A stretch of DNA of 57,012 nt, filler included, from Catajapyx aquilonaris (lineage: Eukaryota): the NCBI GenBank assembly GCA_000934665.2. It is 2 parts of 2 records of this genome, joined end to end, with 100 filler letters (N's around TTAATTAATTAA, not from the genome) between each part and the next. Parts side by side here need not be neighbours in the genome. Positions count along the whole stretch, not along the records: positions 1 to 28,473 come from JYFJ02004914.1; 1 more part is not named here. One strand, written 5' to 3'. Positions within the stretch are counted from its first letter, which is position 1; the number at the start of each line of letters is the position of its first letter. The position numbers and the translations under genes are program-made. The notes beneath the pieces are model-generated. The model had not been told where the DNA came from and ran no database searches. It worked only from the letters and a program-made list of their open reading frames with translations. Shown piece after piece: positions 11,358 to 25,200 of the stretch.

Positions 11358-11634
11358 TCCGGCGCCGGCGGACTGGTGGTTAGCGCGCTCGCCTCTGGTC
11401 CCAAAGTTGTGGGTTCGAACCCGGCCGAGGTCGGTGATTTTTCTCCGGGTGGTAGAAAAGTGAGAGTGCGCCTTCCTTCGGAGGGGAAGTAAAGCCGTCG
11501 GTCCCGTGTGCTTGTGACATTGCACGAGTGCACGTTAAAGATCCCCAGAGTGGCCAAATTTCCAGGTGGGCGTCGGTGTTGAGCCTTGCGGCAGAAATAG
11601 GCCGACGTTAAGCGACGTTAAGCCTCGCTGAAAA
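11358..11634 (+). mobile_element. Full-length tRNA-derived SINE with Nin/Deu-like central domain
   Basis: A-box-like GGACTGGTGGTTAGCG and B box GGTTCGAACCC. Central CCTTCGGAGGGGAAGTAAAGCCGTCGGTCCC..GCACGTTAAAGATCCCC. 3' tandem CGACGTTAAG x2. 13-bp TSD tgtatatcaccaa (11345-11357) / tgtgtatcaccaa (11635-11647). Confidence 0.85.
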
Positions 11635-12327
11635 TGTGTATCACCAAGAACACATTTTTTTTTCAAAAACAAATATGTCACATGTACGTAGTAGGCCTAC
11701 CTCTGAAATTATTTCATGTATGACATGACAAATAAGAGGGTCTTATCGCCTTAAGTTTTTAATTTGGGTTGGGGCATATGGAGTGAGACTAAAAATCAAA
11801 ACTCATTTTTGCACTTGGAAATTATTATAGATCATCATATTATGACAAGGCCAGGACTACTTCTGGTGTTGGTTCATGTGTAGTCTACTGGGCAGTAATA
11901 AAACATTACCGTCGTAAAAATACAATATAAAAATATTAACACTGTTAGAATACGCCCGTAATCATCTGGATGGGCCGCATCCAAAAAAAATACCAAAACA
12001 TCATATGGCAAGACCTTTTGACTACCCCGGTAAATTGCTCCCCATTTGTATTCTACTCTACCTCACTACAACTCAAGTTGCGAACGAAAGTGGGGACCTT
12101 TTTTTCTCGCGCTCCCAATATTATCTTTCCAGATATTCAGTGAAAAAAACAAGACATTTTTCACCCACGCCTCTACCGACTACTAACCTGTTTATTCCCA
12201 TTTGAAAGAGGTGCTCGTTTTGACGACGATGAGAACACGACCGTGTTTTTTAGATAATATTCCTCCCCCCAAAAAATGTATTCAACATCCGCAATTTTTT
12301 TTCACTCTCTCCCATTTTTCCATGCAG

Positions 12328-12440
12328 CTATCTCCTTCTCCGAACCACCGATTCTCTCTCTTCCGCACTTACTGGTTGGTGTGGGCTGTGCTCTTCCAGG
12401 CCGCAGTTCATGTTGATTGCCCTCGGGGCTTCACAGCCAG
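12328..12440 (+). CDS. Nmdar2: NMDA receptor subunit 2-like, internal exon C (M2 pore loop)
   Basis: Long polypyrimidine tract and catgcAG at 12326-12327, donor GTgggt at 12441. 113 nt, phase 0 to 2. Encodes [37 protein letters not shown](R). Confidence 0.95.
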
Positions 12441-15172
12441 GTGGGTAATAAAAGTATTGCTACCACCACCACCCCTATTTCCCCCTCGACCGTATAACCG
12501 CCCTTTTTTTAAAAAAAAGTCTGGGGCGATGATGATATTGCGCTCTATCTACATTCGTGCAGTGTGTTCATTCTTTTAAGCTGTATGTGGTTTTATTCAA
12601 ATTGTGTAGTAGAGAGTGATATGTTTTATGTTCTAATCCTGTAATTCAGAATTAACGTGGAGCTTGGTTGAGTCAGAAAGTGCTGGGGAAGCCTGACTCT
12701 CCGGATTAGATGTTTTTTTTTTAGTTTTAAAGTGGAAGAGTCGATCCGTCTGGTTATATGGAAAAAAAATGGCTCAAAATCAATTTCTGCGGCATCTCTG
12801 ACGCAGGGAAGAAAGTCAGATAAAATAACCTCAAGACACGGAAGCCTTGATTTCTGAACAGAGTTGAGAAAGAGAAAAGAGAGCAAGTGGAAAGAGACTG
12901 GGCTTTCTTTCCAATTAATTTGACAATCTGTGTGAGGGCTTTTTGGAAGTTTTGAGACTTTTCAAACTATGGGGAGGTCTTAAAATGCCGCTACACCGCA
13001 CTGTTATTGGTCCCTCTGTGAGTGGTAATTTGAAAGAGCTTGAAATTTCTCATCTGATCTCGAGAGGTAATTGGGCAGGCGCATTTTAATTCTCCCGAAT
13101 TCCTTGCCATATTATTCTGTCAAAATTCGTTTGAAAAGGGCAAAGGTTTAGGACGGGAACTGCGACTGTCGGAACAGTTTCATACCGTATAAGAAGTTAA
13201 ATAATTTGACAGTTTATTCTGATGGAGAGATTCGAATAATGAAATCATTGGTAGTCGTGACCTACAATCCAATGGTATTTAAAATCTCCGCTTGCTTTTT
13301 TTTTTTTGAAATGGAAGATATTCAGACGCGGATTACTTATTCCACAAAGACTGCACCTTGGCACCTTGCGAACTACTGGACAGTATATAAAAGTAGTTGT
13401 CTTTGTCAGCTTTACGGGATGTGTAAGTAATATGCTCAGTACCTCGAAAGTTGGTGAAGAAACCCAGAAAAATGTATCAATGCGATGGCTGTCCAAAAAC
13501 AATGTTCAAAAATGGATTAATTTCTGAAACGTTTCTTCTGGATCGCGTGAAACACGCTATATTTAGGATGCAATGTTGTTCACCCAGAACTCCTTTCTGG
13601 GATAATCCCGCACTGTACTAAGTACGACTAAGCACAATGTTCATCATGCACCGCCTAGCTATATAAAATGCGGCTCAAAGGTAACCAAAGTGAATATTTG
13701 AGGTGAATTCCACAGTACTTGGTGGTTTGCAGTTGGAGCGTAGTGTTTGCTACGCTTAAAATTAGTGTAAGAGTTCATGTACTAAACACTTAACGTCCCA
13801 AAATAATTGTTCTTTCAATTTTTATGGCATTGATAAGTTATATAACAACGTATTTTTTGTGACACACCATCTTCAAGCATCGTTGCTCCAAAAATCTCAG
13901 TGGGCCAAGAAAAGTACATGTTTTCTGCTGATTTGGATCATCACACCGCAGTGTGATTTTATGTCACTCTGTATTAGACACGTACGAAGGAGAATTCAGT
14001 CTCGTAATACCACCAGCCAATTTGCATATCGAGCTGTTATGCTGCCTGTAAAACGTGATCATCTTACTCCCTCTAATACCTTAATTCATATGTGTGACAA
14101 TGTATCAAAAGCTCCAAAAAAATAGCCCGTTGAGCCTACGGTCGCGAACAATGCACTGCCCCAAGAACAATTAGAGCTTAAGTCTCTCTCATACAGCTTT
14201 CACGGCTCTGTACGACATTTAACGTGCGAATTAAGCCCGCTCTTGCACTTCCGCTACAGGGAAGTGGCTGCCAGAGATAGACTGTATGCTTCTGTAACCT
14301 TTGCACGGCTCAGTCACTCCGCACACTGCACACAAACTGGAAGTGTAGCTGACGGTTGGGAACTGCGACCTTGTCTCAAACGTTCAGATTTTCTATTGGG
14401 TTGTCCAGGAATTGGATTAGCGGTTTTCTGGCAGGGCCACGAGGTGTCAACTGTTGACCTTGACCTAACCAGGAGGGATTAAATGTTGAGATGCGCCTCT
14501 TTGACCCGAGCATCCAGCCGTGATTGGCTTAGTGGTTTCGCGTGTGTGACCTTTCCTTGATGAGAAGAATTCACATCCTCCCATTTGATTGGTGCCTGCA
14601 CTTTCCTTCGTGATTGGATTAGTGGGTTTGTACGAGCAGCAGGTGTCGTGTACTGTATTAGAAGCCGTGACAAGTCCAGGCCTCGTGGTCGTTGGGATGC
14701 CAACTTCGGATATTATGCAAGGATTATGACTATGGTCATCTTCATCCATGCGGCTACACATGTTGCAACCAGACTCTGAATTACTGGTATGTGCTCTGCG
14801 GTGCATAAGGAATAGAGTATTAATAAGCAGCGGAGCGTGGTCTTTCTCCAGAGGTTTCATCTATAGTAGCTTTTGGGAGTGCGACGCGAGGGTAGGCTAT
14901 GGAAAGTTTAATTATGTTTTCATGCCTCATTCCAAGCGATGTCTGTGAAATCGCATTTCGACGCACGATTCATTATAAAATTTGCCGAGACAAAGGACAT
15001 TTCATTTGGAGAACTGAACAAGGAATTTGACTCGAACGCTCCGATTGAACACGCTTATGGCAACTGGGATTGAATCATATAATAAAAAAAGTCTAAAGCG
15101 ACAGAATCCTGCCCCACCTCATTATCCTACTCAAGTCTGCTCAGTGAAGCCAATTTTGCTTCTGTCTCGCAG

Positions 15173-15296
15173 GTTTATGGCCAACGTGTGGGCCATGTTC
15201 GCAGTCGTATTCCTGGCCATCTACACGGCCAACCTGGCTGCATTTATGATCACCAGGGAAGAATTCTACGACCTTAGCGGCATCGAAGATAGCAGG
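15173..15296 (+). CDS. Nmdar2: NMDA receptor subunit 2-like, internal exon D (M3 gating helix)
   Basis: Acceptor ctcgcAG at 15171-15172, donor GTaagt at 15297. 124 nt, phase 2 to 0. Encodes (R)[41 protein letters not shown], containing the iGluR YTANLAAF motif. Confidence 0.97.
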
Positions 15297-15563
15297 GTAA
15301 GTCATCTTTCACACATTTCCTTGCCAGCGATATGCTTCTGTGCAGTGTTTACGGTCATGGGTTATTGTTGCGTTTTACAAAGGTCGGCGGCTTCTTATGT
15401 AACATAGGGAATAAGGATCCAGCCTTTTTGCATTTTAAATTGGGACGATCGAGCGACAGGTATTGCGTCTCCCCCTTTTTCTTATAATAAATGCACGAGA
15501 CTTAAATTTTTAATTTATATTGTACCGGTACAAATACCATCAGTTGTTATTGAAATGCAGGTA

Positions 15564-15976
15564 CTATCGGGTTCAAATACTTTTGGCCACTTTATCCTGG
15601 TCTTGAAGCAACCCTTAACACAGACCCCACGTTAAGGAGGCGTGTGTGTGTGTGTGGGCTCGCATTGCTATCCTTGTGAGGAATTTTTTTCGCGTTTTTC
15701 CTATCCTTGTGAGGAATTTTGTCATTACGAGGTAGTTTTCCTGTACCTCATAGTGAACACACGCCTCACAAGGATAGGGAAAAATCGAAAAATACCTCAT
15801 AAAGACAGTAAAAATATATTTCACCAAAATTTCGTGTTTCCTTGTAGGTTAGGTTAGTTTTCAATTTTAAATTTTGGAAAACTTCACAAGGATAGGAATG
15901 CGCGCCTCTGTGTGTGTGTGAAGGGTTGCTTCAAGACCAGCAGGATAAAGTGGCCAAAAGTATTTGAACCCGATAG
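15564..15976. mobile_element. Tc1/mariner-type MITE with TA TSD
   Basis: TA|CTATCGGGTTCAAATACTTTTGGCCACTTTATCCTG..GGTCTTGAAGCAACCCTT mirrored at the right end ..GAACCCGATAG|TA. Internal repeats ctatccttgtgag / ctcacaaggatag. Confidence 0.88.
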
Positions 15977-18900
15977 TACCTGATTTTTTTTCTTTCTAAA
16001 ACTGTAACTTTTTCCTTGGTCGTTCTGATGTGGCAACGGCCACACGACCGACCAAAAATACCTGCACATTTAAATTCACGGTGTTTAAAATAAACATTCT
16101 TACAAAACTAATAATAGAACTCATCACATTCACGAAACAAAGATTGTCCATATCGTAGCACCAGCCAATCACCGATCACCAATCAACACCTAAAATACCT
16201 ACAATCCCCGAATTTAATTTATGTATACAGCATAACAGTCTTGACAAGTCTCAATAGACTCGAGCATCAGGGACTGATACTGAATAGTACTGGAATAGTA
16301 GTTGAAGCATTATAAAACAAACTCGTTATCTTATTCTGTGGTGCAAAGGTTAGGTCGATTTTAATTGCCAACAGAAGGTATATGCTAAGTGAGCCAGTTG
16401 GTCATAAATGTTACAATAGAATACCTAAAAGACAGGAAAACATCCCACCTTACTGCATCACTGAATACTTTAAACACCTCAAATTTTAATATCCTTCCTG
16501 ACAAATGCCAACAGGTAACCGAACCAATTTATTAAAGGACATCCCGCTGTGTAATGGGCTAATCGAAAACACCTTTCGGTTTTATTTGGGACATAAGTAA
16601 TTCAAATCCGAGTGCAACGTAATTATCAAGCAAAGGGCGCGTGTTAATCAGGCTCCTTGAAGAGCCATGTATGCTTCACAACAATGGTTTACCGACGCCT
16701 ACTATTCCTGCTGCAGATCACACTACAAAGCGAGTTTATAATTAAAAAGCCCGCTCTAATTGAAATCGCCTAACGAGTATTTATGAAGAGGAAAAGTTGG
16801 GGTCGAGTGGTGTCTACAGCATGGTCCAGCATTTTACCTGATGGCACTGCATCAGAAGGATCTTCACACTCTAGGTGATAATAATCATTGATCAAGCCCG
16901 ACTTAAGTTTAGCCATTTAAAAAAAAACTACAGTTATGCCCCGGCCTGCAACCTTCATCCATAATACATGAATGAGAACATTTATAACCCTGAGGCATGC
17001 TACCCTCCTTTAATTACCATAAAGCATTAGTCACAATAAGCGACGGTTTTGAATCAACATAGTGCAATAACTGCACTCACCAGCTCCATATTTTACCACA
17101 ACATGCTTGGCATCAGAAATGGCCAGGCGGAACAAAGCAATACAAATTACTGTCCCCTTGCAATTTGATTGGTGCATCATGAAACGTGGAGGACGACTAA
17201 GACGCCTTGCAATCCTGATGGTGAAACCGACCTCCAAGCTACTGTAATTATGAGATTAAAGTTGTCCAACCCGACTTTCCAAGTGAAGCGCTTTTACCCA
17301 ACCTCAGACTAGGTCCAATACAAACTCGGTTTTTTTCTTCTTCTCCCCCTTTCCTTCAATAATCATTTTATTCTGTCCGAACTCGCTTCTTCTGGTCCAC
17401 GTCTTTTCCCCGCCCTCTGGCTCCTTACTTCACTATCCCGCCCACAGGAACCCATGGGAAATCCTCCTTTCTACGAATTCTCCAAACCCCATTTGGTCAA
17501 AAATAGGGCTGGCAGAGTACTTCTCTTATAAACTCCCTCCTTCTTTTCAGGTGAGACACAATGGGCAAACTTTGTTAAAGTGTACAGGGTAGGGCGCGGG
17601 TAGTAGTTATTTTTTAGATAGAGGAGAGGGTAATTTTAGTTTGCTTTTAATGCATACTTTGATGCTGGAGAATAATGGGTGCCATTTTCTATTCACATTA
17701 TAATTTAATGCGTGTGAATTTTTTTATAAATTTCATGAGAACATGCAGGCTTGTTTCAAAAGTACCGTGAATGGCGTGTTTGCGATTGATTATTACATAG
17801 AAACGGTATGTGTTTGTTGCATTCACGGTACAACGAAGTTTGTTGTGGTAACAAACCATGAAAAAGCGATACCGTGTATTGACACTGGGATTACAGTCAC
17901 GTTGTAACCTTTACTCACGACATCAGGAGCGTTTGTTTGCTTTCAGAGTTATTTTTGTTTGCTGTACCTATACTGTATGTGAAGTTCTGATTGGACAACT
18001 CGGAAACCTGGCAAACGTTGTGATGTTCGCCAAAATTTTTAATTGCTTTATTTTCATAAACCCGTTAATAAATAACTGAATCCGCAATGAGGTCGTGGTG
18101 CAATAATATTCTGAATTCCGCAAATATTTTGCCACAAGCCTGCATCTGCACTTGATTTTATGTTTGTGTTAGTTTTAAGCCCGCCGTTATGAGATGCCTG
18201 GTTCGTATATTTCCTCTGCCCCTCTATATAGTGGTCAGGCAATGCTATATGAAAAAAAGCGAGCAGCGATAATTTTACCGTCCATAATTTATTACTGGAT
18301 TAATAATCATCAAAAGCTGTCTGGGTGTTCCAAACGGACCAAAGTGGAAAAAAAGTGACAAATGGATGAGCCCGATCCCATTCAGTTGCAAAAGCGAAAG
18401 TTCATTTCAAACCCCGATTAAACTGCAAGTGTCACGTCTATTACTATTACGTGCTGATGCGAAGCAGTTTTTGCAGCGTACCATATACGGGCTCGTCCAT
18501 ATTCTGCTATTTGTTAAAATCGTGCGTTTTATTTACTTGGTGACTTGCTGGCTTTAGCAATTACTGACCAATAAAGCGATTAACAGCCATGTCATAATCA
18601 GAATTCTAACCGGGTATAAATTACTCCTCCGGAATGTGAAACGCATTGGCAAAAGAGAGAGGGAGGGTATTAAATCCTATAACGACCCGAAGTAAATCAA
18701 ATTTAGTGGTACAGTTTCAAGCAGGAAGAAGTTAATAAAGAATCCGAGTGGATGGCACAAATGTGCAGTCCATAATCCAGTTTAGAGCAGCCTAGATATT
18801 TACTGCGAATCATTTGAACTGCCGAAACACTAATGTGGAGCAACCACCGAATGGATGATAATCATATAGCTATATGTAAATTTCGATACTGCTATATCAG

Positions 18901-19926
18901 CCTTCAGGAGTGTTTTCAGTGGTGGCTTCTGTCGTTGGGTGGTCCTGCGCAAATCCATATACTTTGAGGGGATCAGATGCATTTTTCCAAGAAAATGTGA
19001 AGTCTAAGTACTGTTCGAGACAAATGAAATCTTATTCCTCGAACATTATTGCACGCACGCCTTAAGCCATCACTCCGGGGTACTGTATACAGTATGAGTG
19101 GGGGAAAGAAGAGTTTAGTCATTTCTTATGTTGGGATCCAAAGATCTAGACTCCCTGATCCAAATATGTGGTAAGTTTTGCTTAGCAGACGTATACCATA
19201 AGCGTCAAATTTTAAAACAAAGTTGATTTCTATGACGTCATTGCAAAATCCCGTATCTCTAGAGGCGAGTAGGGAAGCTCGATGGAATCGCCAAAGATGG
19301 CCGCCTCCTGAGACAAACGGAGTTCAAGCCAGGTGGTCGTGTTTTCAACCCTATAGTTGGACCTGCCCCGAGTGCCAAGGGTCTTGGGAATGCAGGATAG
19401 TATACGCGTATACCGGCATTTCTCCCACTGATGTAGGGTACTAGTCTAACAGACACAATGGTACTTTTTGCTTCCTTTTCCTTTTGGCGTATAATAAAAG
19501 GATAAGGTCAAAAGTTGCAATCTTGGTTGGGAGTGCCATATTCTACCATTGTGGGAGGTAGAAGAAAAGGGCGGTGCAGAAGAGAGGGTGGTGGATAGAG
19601 GAGCTTGGGGGTGAAGAGAGTGTCTAGGCAAACATAATATCGGAAGTTTTACTGCTGAGAAACTGGCCTAGTTTTGTGCTGTCAGATCATGTATCAGTGT
19701 GATATATTGATGTAGTCTACTGTATATTATTAGGCAAGTTGGCCGTTAAAAACTGTAACTGTGTTTAAGCTGTTATATACATACACATTGCGTGAAAATA
19801 TATTTACATCATAAAAATATAAATACACTTGTTAATATAGGCTTACGTATACTGTACAGTTTGCGTGTTAAAAGAGATTTTGTATGAGTTACACGGTTGC
19901 CACAGTCAGCTTCCGTATAGTTTCTT

Positions 19927-20335
19927 TTCTTTTTTTTAGATGTACCCGGTGCTAGAGCCATAGGCTCTCTTAGGGGAGTGGATTACCACTATCGTGCAGG
20001 GACAGGGTAGGGATAGGAGGGGGGGGGGGGACACTGGTGCATGTGCACTGTCATCAAGTTGGGGGTCGTATTCAGTCCCTCAGGGGGCCCGTTCGCCAAG
20101 ATGATCCCCTAGATGCGAGTCAGAAACTCCCCACTGACCCGCACCTCCTCCAGGGCAGGGAAAGGAAGGAAGCGGCTGTGGCCTATTTTACGGTACGATC
20201 CCGGTAATTCTTCCTGGGGCGACCTTGGGAAACCACAGAAAACCAAGGTCAGGATCGCCGGCCTCCGGGATTCTAACCCAGGACCTCCCGATTAGCAGTC
20301 GGACACCATATCCACTCCACCACTACTGCTTCGGT
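19927..20335 (-). mobile_element. Full-length tRNA-derived SINE with A-rich tail
   Basis: Minus strand reads ACCGAAGCAGTAGTGGTGGAGTGG..GGTCCTGGGTTAGAATCCCGG (A/B-box-like). Poly-T on + at the left end. Perfect 13-bp TSD cgtatagtttctt (19914-19926, 20336-20348). Confidence 0.9.
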
Positions 20336-21263
20336 CGTATAGTTTCTTGCTACAAGCACAATGAAAACTATTTACGTGTGTATATTTATTTCCCTGGCAA
20401 TTTAAGCGACCCATTGTAGCAGTTAATTTATGGTATGAAACTGGACATTGTTCGTGTTTGTTTAATTCTGTCACATTATTACTCGTATCCGTGATTTTCA
20501 ATGAATTACACTGCCATTTTCTTTCACATTTCATTTTGAAAACCCAAAAATGTTTCGACACTCGACAAATCCAGAGCAATATCCAAAACCCGTTTGAAGC
20601 TCATTCTAGTTACGACCCGTCTCCGAACTTCCACTTGCCCATACCTCCCAATACTGAATACAGTATATCGAATCCAACGCGAAGCCCTGAACATGCTCCC
20701 CATATTTAATGCATCTAGCACGCAAGAACCATTTTTAGGTCCCATATTTTTCTACCCCCGTGCACCTGACTTCTCATTTTACACGAGACAACATTGGAGG
20801 CGAAGTGTGATAGCCTTTCCTTAAGGAATAGAGACGTGACGTCTCCGGCAGTGCTAATAATGCTGTCAGCATGGGGATAATGCTGTCATTGCGCCACTCG
20901 CACCGCTGCCTTTCTGATTAGGCTCCAGTCTGTCAGAGAATCGATTTCGATTCTTCCCACTTTGTCGTGGTTTTGACGGTCATGGAAAAGGGGCGACGTT
21001 CGCGACCTGTGCAAGACCTTTTGTGACCTTTTGATCATGTCTAGACGCAGTTTCTGAAGATGAGAGAATGGACGTGTCACGAGCAAGTGGCTGGAGCGAA
21101 ATCTGGAACCGATGGACAGAAATTGTGGGGAACTCGTGAACATTTAGTAACTTTTCAATTTACAGCAACGGCATTAATATGTGAAGGATTTTAATGTTTC
21201 ACTGTAGGGTGAAAGTGTCCAGAATTTTTTAATGGAGTTAGGGAGGAACTGCTCCCCTATGTA

Positions 21264-21446
21264 CTATCACCCAACCAAGGATTGTCGCATCCTGGCTTGG
21301 ATGCAACCCATTGCACAGACGTGTGTTGCTTATCTGACCTCGTCCCTTATCTGCTTTGCTCGGAATCGGAGCCTTAGCTGTCTTTGTGAACACACATAAC
21401 GCACACCTGTGCAATGGGTTGCATCCAATCCTTGTTTGGGCTATAG
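21264..21446. mobile_element. Small TA-flanked MITE
   Basis: TA|CTATCACCCAACCAAGGATTG..GGATGCAACCCATTGCACAG / CTGTGCAATGGGTTGCATCCAATCCTTGTTTGGGCTATAG|TA. Confidence 0.8.
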
Positions 21447-22138
21447 TACAGTTTCCACTACCAAATCAGGTTTATCCTGTAGGGTAGGCCACCCGCACCA
21501 CTTTTCAAAGCTCATGTAGGCTTGGAAAAAATGACAGTTAGATTACCAACCATGACGTTCCAAAGACGCCTGCGCGAACTCGACTTAACCCATGAAAGAC
21601 ATTCGAAACTTCCTATTTCTAGAACTTTACAGGCAGAAGGATTACAAACTTTAAAGTGAAAAATTGTGATTGCACCACTCTTTTTTGTTTTAGCTAACTC
21701 GCTGTGCATTGCCGTAGTTTTTGCTACAGTATAGTTTAGGTCGGCCTTTTGAACCACACGCGAACAATGTAACAAACATATTGCGAAACTTTGAATTTAC
21801 ATAGTAGATTTCCGTTCTCGTGCGAAGGTAAGCAAAATAACAAAATTTCAGCATGTTTCCTACCTCTAGGGTTATAGAAGCCTTTTTTTCTGATTTAAAT
21901 TCGAAGCCATCAGCATCGCTGATACTGCTCTGATGAAAACTTTGTTGCTCCCCCGTAATAGAGTTGCAGTTGTCGCATTCAGTCCCAGCCACATAAAAAG
22001 CCATCCCTGGGCTTGCAGTATAATTATTATCAAAAGACGCAACTTTCATGAATATGGCAATCACATGTGCAGCTGTGCACCCCAGGAGATAAACCTGGTC
22101 AACGCTACCAATTTTCTCTTTGTCTGATTTTTAAACAG

Positions 22139-22299
22139 CTAACCAACCCATTCAGCATGAAGCCTCCATTGCGGTTCGGGACCATTCCATGGGGTCACAC
22201 TGAGGCCACGTTGCGTAGACATCAACCGGAAATGTACGGGTACATGCGCACGAAAAACCGCAGCACCGTTCAAGAAGGCGTCCTGGCCGTCAAGAGACA
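22139..22299 (+). CDS. Nmdar2: NMDA receptor subunit 2-like, internal exon E (start of S2 lobe)
   Basis: Acceptor aaacAG at 22137-22138, donor GTaagt at 22300. 161 nt, phase 0 to 2. Encodes LTNPFSMKPPLRFGTIPWGHTEATLRRHQPEMYGYMRTKNRSTVQEGVLAVKR, matching GluN2 PPFRFGTVPxGSTE..YPxMHxYM. Confidence 0.93.
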
Positions 22300-25200
22300 G
22301 TAAGTACAGCTTCAAATCATCATTCTCCTAATTATGTTGAAGGAACTGTAATCCTTCACTTTATGGAGCTCTTAATTCCACGGATTTTCCCACCTAAACG
22401 ACATTCAGCTTCGCATACAAATTAGGTAATAAAACACTTGAAAAACTACGACAGAGACGGAAAGCTTAGTTTTGCAGCAATTATCTGCTGCACTGGCAGA
22501 AAAGACATACGTTTTTTTCTCGTGCTTCGTGCGTACGGATATAGTACTCCTATTTGTACACTGGACACCATTATATGAGCATTCCGGCTGGTAACATTCA
22601 TTTTTAACTAAACAGCTGCCTTCTTTGTAACATAAGAATGATTACTTCAGAGGAAATGGCTGAACCCTTGTTGAAATACTCGGATATCCTCTGAAAGTAA
22701 CCCTCAAGAACTCACTTAAACGGACACTTCAATTGAAAACACATTTTGTGCTGCCTATACCATCTGGCTGCCATAACAACTTTTTTGACAGTTTTGATAG
22801 TTACATGGAAAATTATACTGTCAGAGTTTTGTTGTGGAGGTAAATTTTGTTTTGGCACGATCCTGGCTGGGAGTTCACACTGTGTACCTGTGGTGTCCTC
22901 ATTTTCATTACACCAAACTTCAACAGACCTCGTGTTACAATTCCCGTGAGAATTGTTCTCACCCGTGCAGTGATATGCAGTAACCAACGTTCTTTTGCTC
23001 TCTTACATCACCTAATTTACTGCCTTGACTAGTATTTCGTCCGAATGGATAGTCCAATTTAATCAGTATTTAAATTTAAATAGTGCAAGCCTTCAAACAA
23101 TCTCTAGCTAACTGATCCAATCAAGAAAACATAAGCTTATAAGAACTTATCTATACGTACAGTATAAGCTTGATTAGTATACTGTACAAAGGGACGCGTC
23201 CAGCAGGATTTGCTAAGAGACCTGCCTGGCTCATTCTCATTGGCTGATACTCGCTGAAATCCATATCACCCTATCCATAATTGCTTTCAATCCTTCCCTA
23301 TCAAACAACCATTCACAAAGGTCGATGTTTGATCCTCGGTTCCAAGTTTTTAAAAACTTCAGCCCTCTTTCCAGAGCTTATATAAAATGTTACAAAGAAA
23401 AGTTGACGTCAAGAAATTAATTGCCCTAACTGGGCTCAGCGTACCCCCAAACTTAATACCGAGTAAAGCCATCTTTTCTCCGAAGCCCTGTTCATTGTCA
23501 ACCGGTTGAATAAGGCTGCAATAAGAGGACATACGTGTTTGTGAGCTAGATGAAAACTTATGACAGAAGAACAATTTATACTCCCTTCAGGCGGCGCTAA
23601 TGGGTAGATTAATTGTGAGACATGTAACGGAAAAACAAATCTTTTATTCGAGAACGCATGGAAGAGCAGTGTTCGCCCATTTTTTAAATTCTCTGGTGCA
23701 GATTTTAGTGATGATGGTCCCGCTTCTGATCCCTGCGCTTCACAATTTTGGGGCTCCCCCGGAAGATGAAAAATACCGCGACGCTAAAATGAGCCGTATG
23801 AAAAATGAGGTCATGTGGGGAAGAGCGGAACAAACACGGCATGTAAAGGGGAATGAATCAGAAAATGCAGTGGAAACGCAAATGATGAAAAGGGGACATG
23901 GGGAATATAAAAAGTCCCGGGCGAGAATTTAAAACAAAAAATTCAAGCGAGTCATGCTCGACACGTCAATCGGGGCTTCTAAAGTTCAAAACCGACGAGT
24001 TAGAATAGGATAAAAAAGCTGGAAATGAAACTTTTCATACGTGGATAATTTCACTGCTATCTGACTTGGAAATGGTCAAATATTTTGCAATTTATACGCT
24101 ATTTTTAATTTTAGGAACATGTATGACTTTTCGCGTACCTGTTAAACAACTAATGAATGACAGTTTTATATTATGCGCTTTTATGGAACGATAAAAAGAT
24201 ACAAGTATGCTTCACCGAAAGTGGGTATGAATATACCTTGTAATTATGAACATTAGGTCAATTTGGCCGAATCTCGTTATAGGACTGTAGATGAATCCTT
24301 GGACCAAATAGTTTTTAATGTTCTTGCTTTGTATAGTACAAATTACACAGCACCGTTCTGTAAATAGGCATAGACATATTTAATATTACTAGTTATTTCA
24401 CACTCAAAACGTGTCTTGCACAGCAAAGGTCGAAAACAGGTTGCCAAAAAGTTATTGGCATATTCAGTTTCTGAATGCAATACAGTTGCAAAACAAACTA
24501 AGTTCTCTTTTTTTGCGGAAAAATGGGCGTGATGTTCCTTCCCGACTCCAACAGGGCTATTCACTTGTGTCTCAATTGCCCTTCGAGGAATAGGAGGTCC
24601 CCTTTGAAATGCAGGCCACGAAAAGTTACGAGACAAGGGAGAACCCAATGTTAAGTTCTTGGAATAAATAATTCCATTAATTATGCACTCAAAGTTTCCT
24701 TGGCTCCCGAACAAGATGCCAAGGTGGACTATACATGCTGGATATTGTGATACTGTAGGAAATAGGGTCCATTTCACCAACAACTTTCCAGCATTTTTGC
24801 GCAGGAAGGTTTCGAAACCGCGCGAATAAAAAAGAGAGAGAGAGGAAAAAAAAGAGCGGACAAAGAATGTCTGACATGACAAGAAAAATTGCCTGGAATA
24901 ACTTCTTCATTGGCGCAAATAAATGCCGGAAGAGTAGAGTCAGGTTTCCGACGTGGACTGGGTCCTGTTGAAAACACTAGCAAAATTTTGGGAGCTGGTT
25001 CGCAATCCTGACGAGTCCGAGCGATTGAAAAACTCCACTGCGAAGAAATTTCCGGAATTTGGTTGTTAAACTGTCAGCCTGTGTTTAAATAGCAATGGCT
25101 CTGGAAAAAGGGGCCCTCTTTTGGGCCGGTCGGCACAGCTTTTTTAAACAAATGAATTAAAACGCAGTGACATTTTAACGTCAGTAGTTCATGACTGTGG

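Noticed and set aside
11361..11430. tRNA genes (also ~20265-20335, ~26685-26757, ~33705-33775)
   Set aside because: A/B boxes are present, but no complete cloverleaf is evident. Each continues into a SINE body, most with a tail and TSD.
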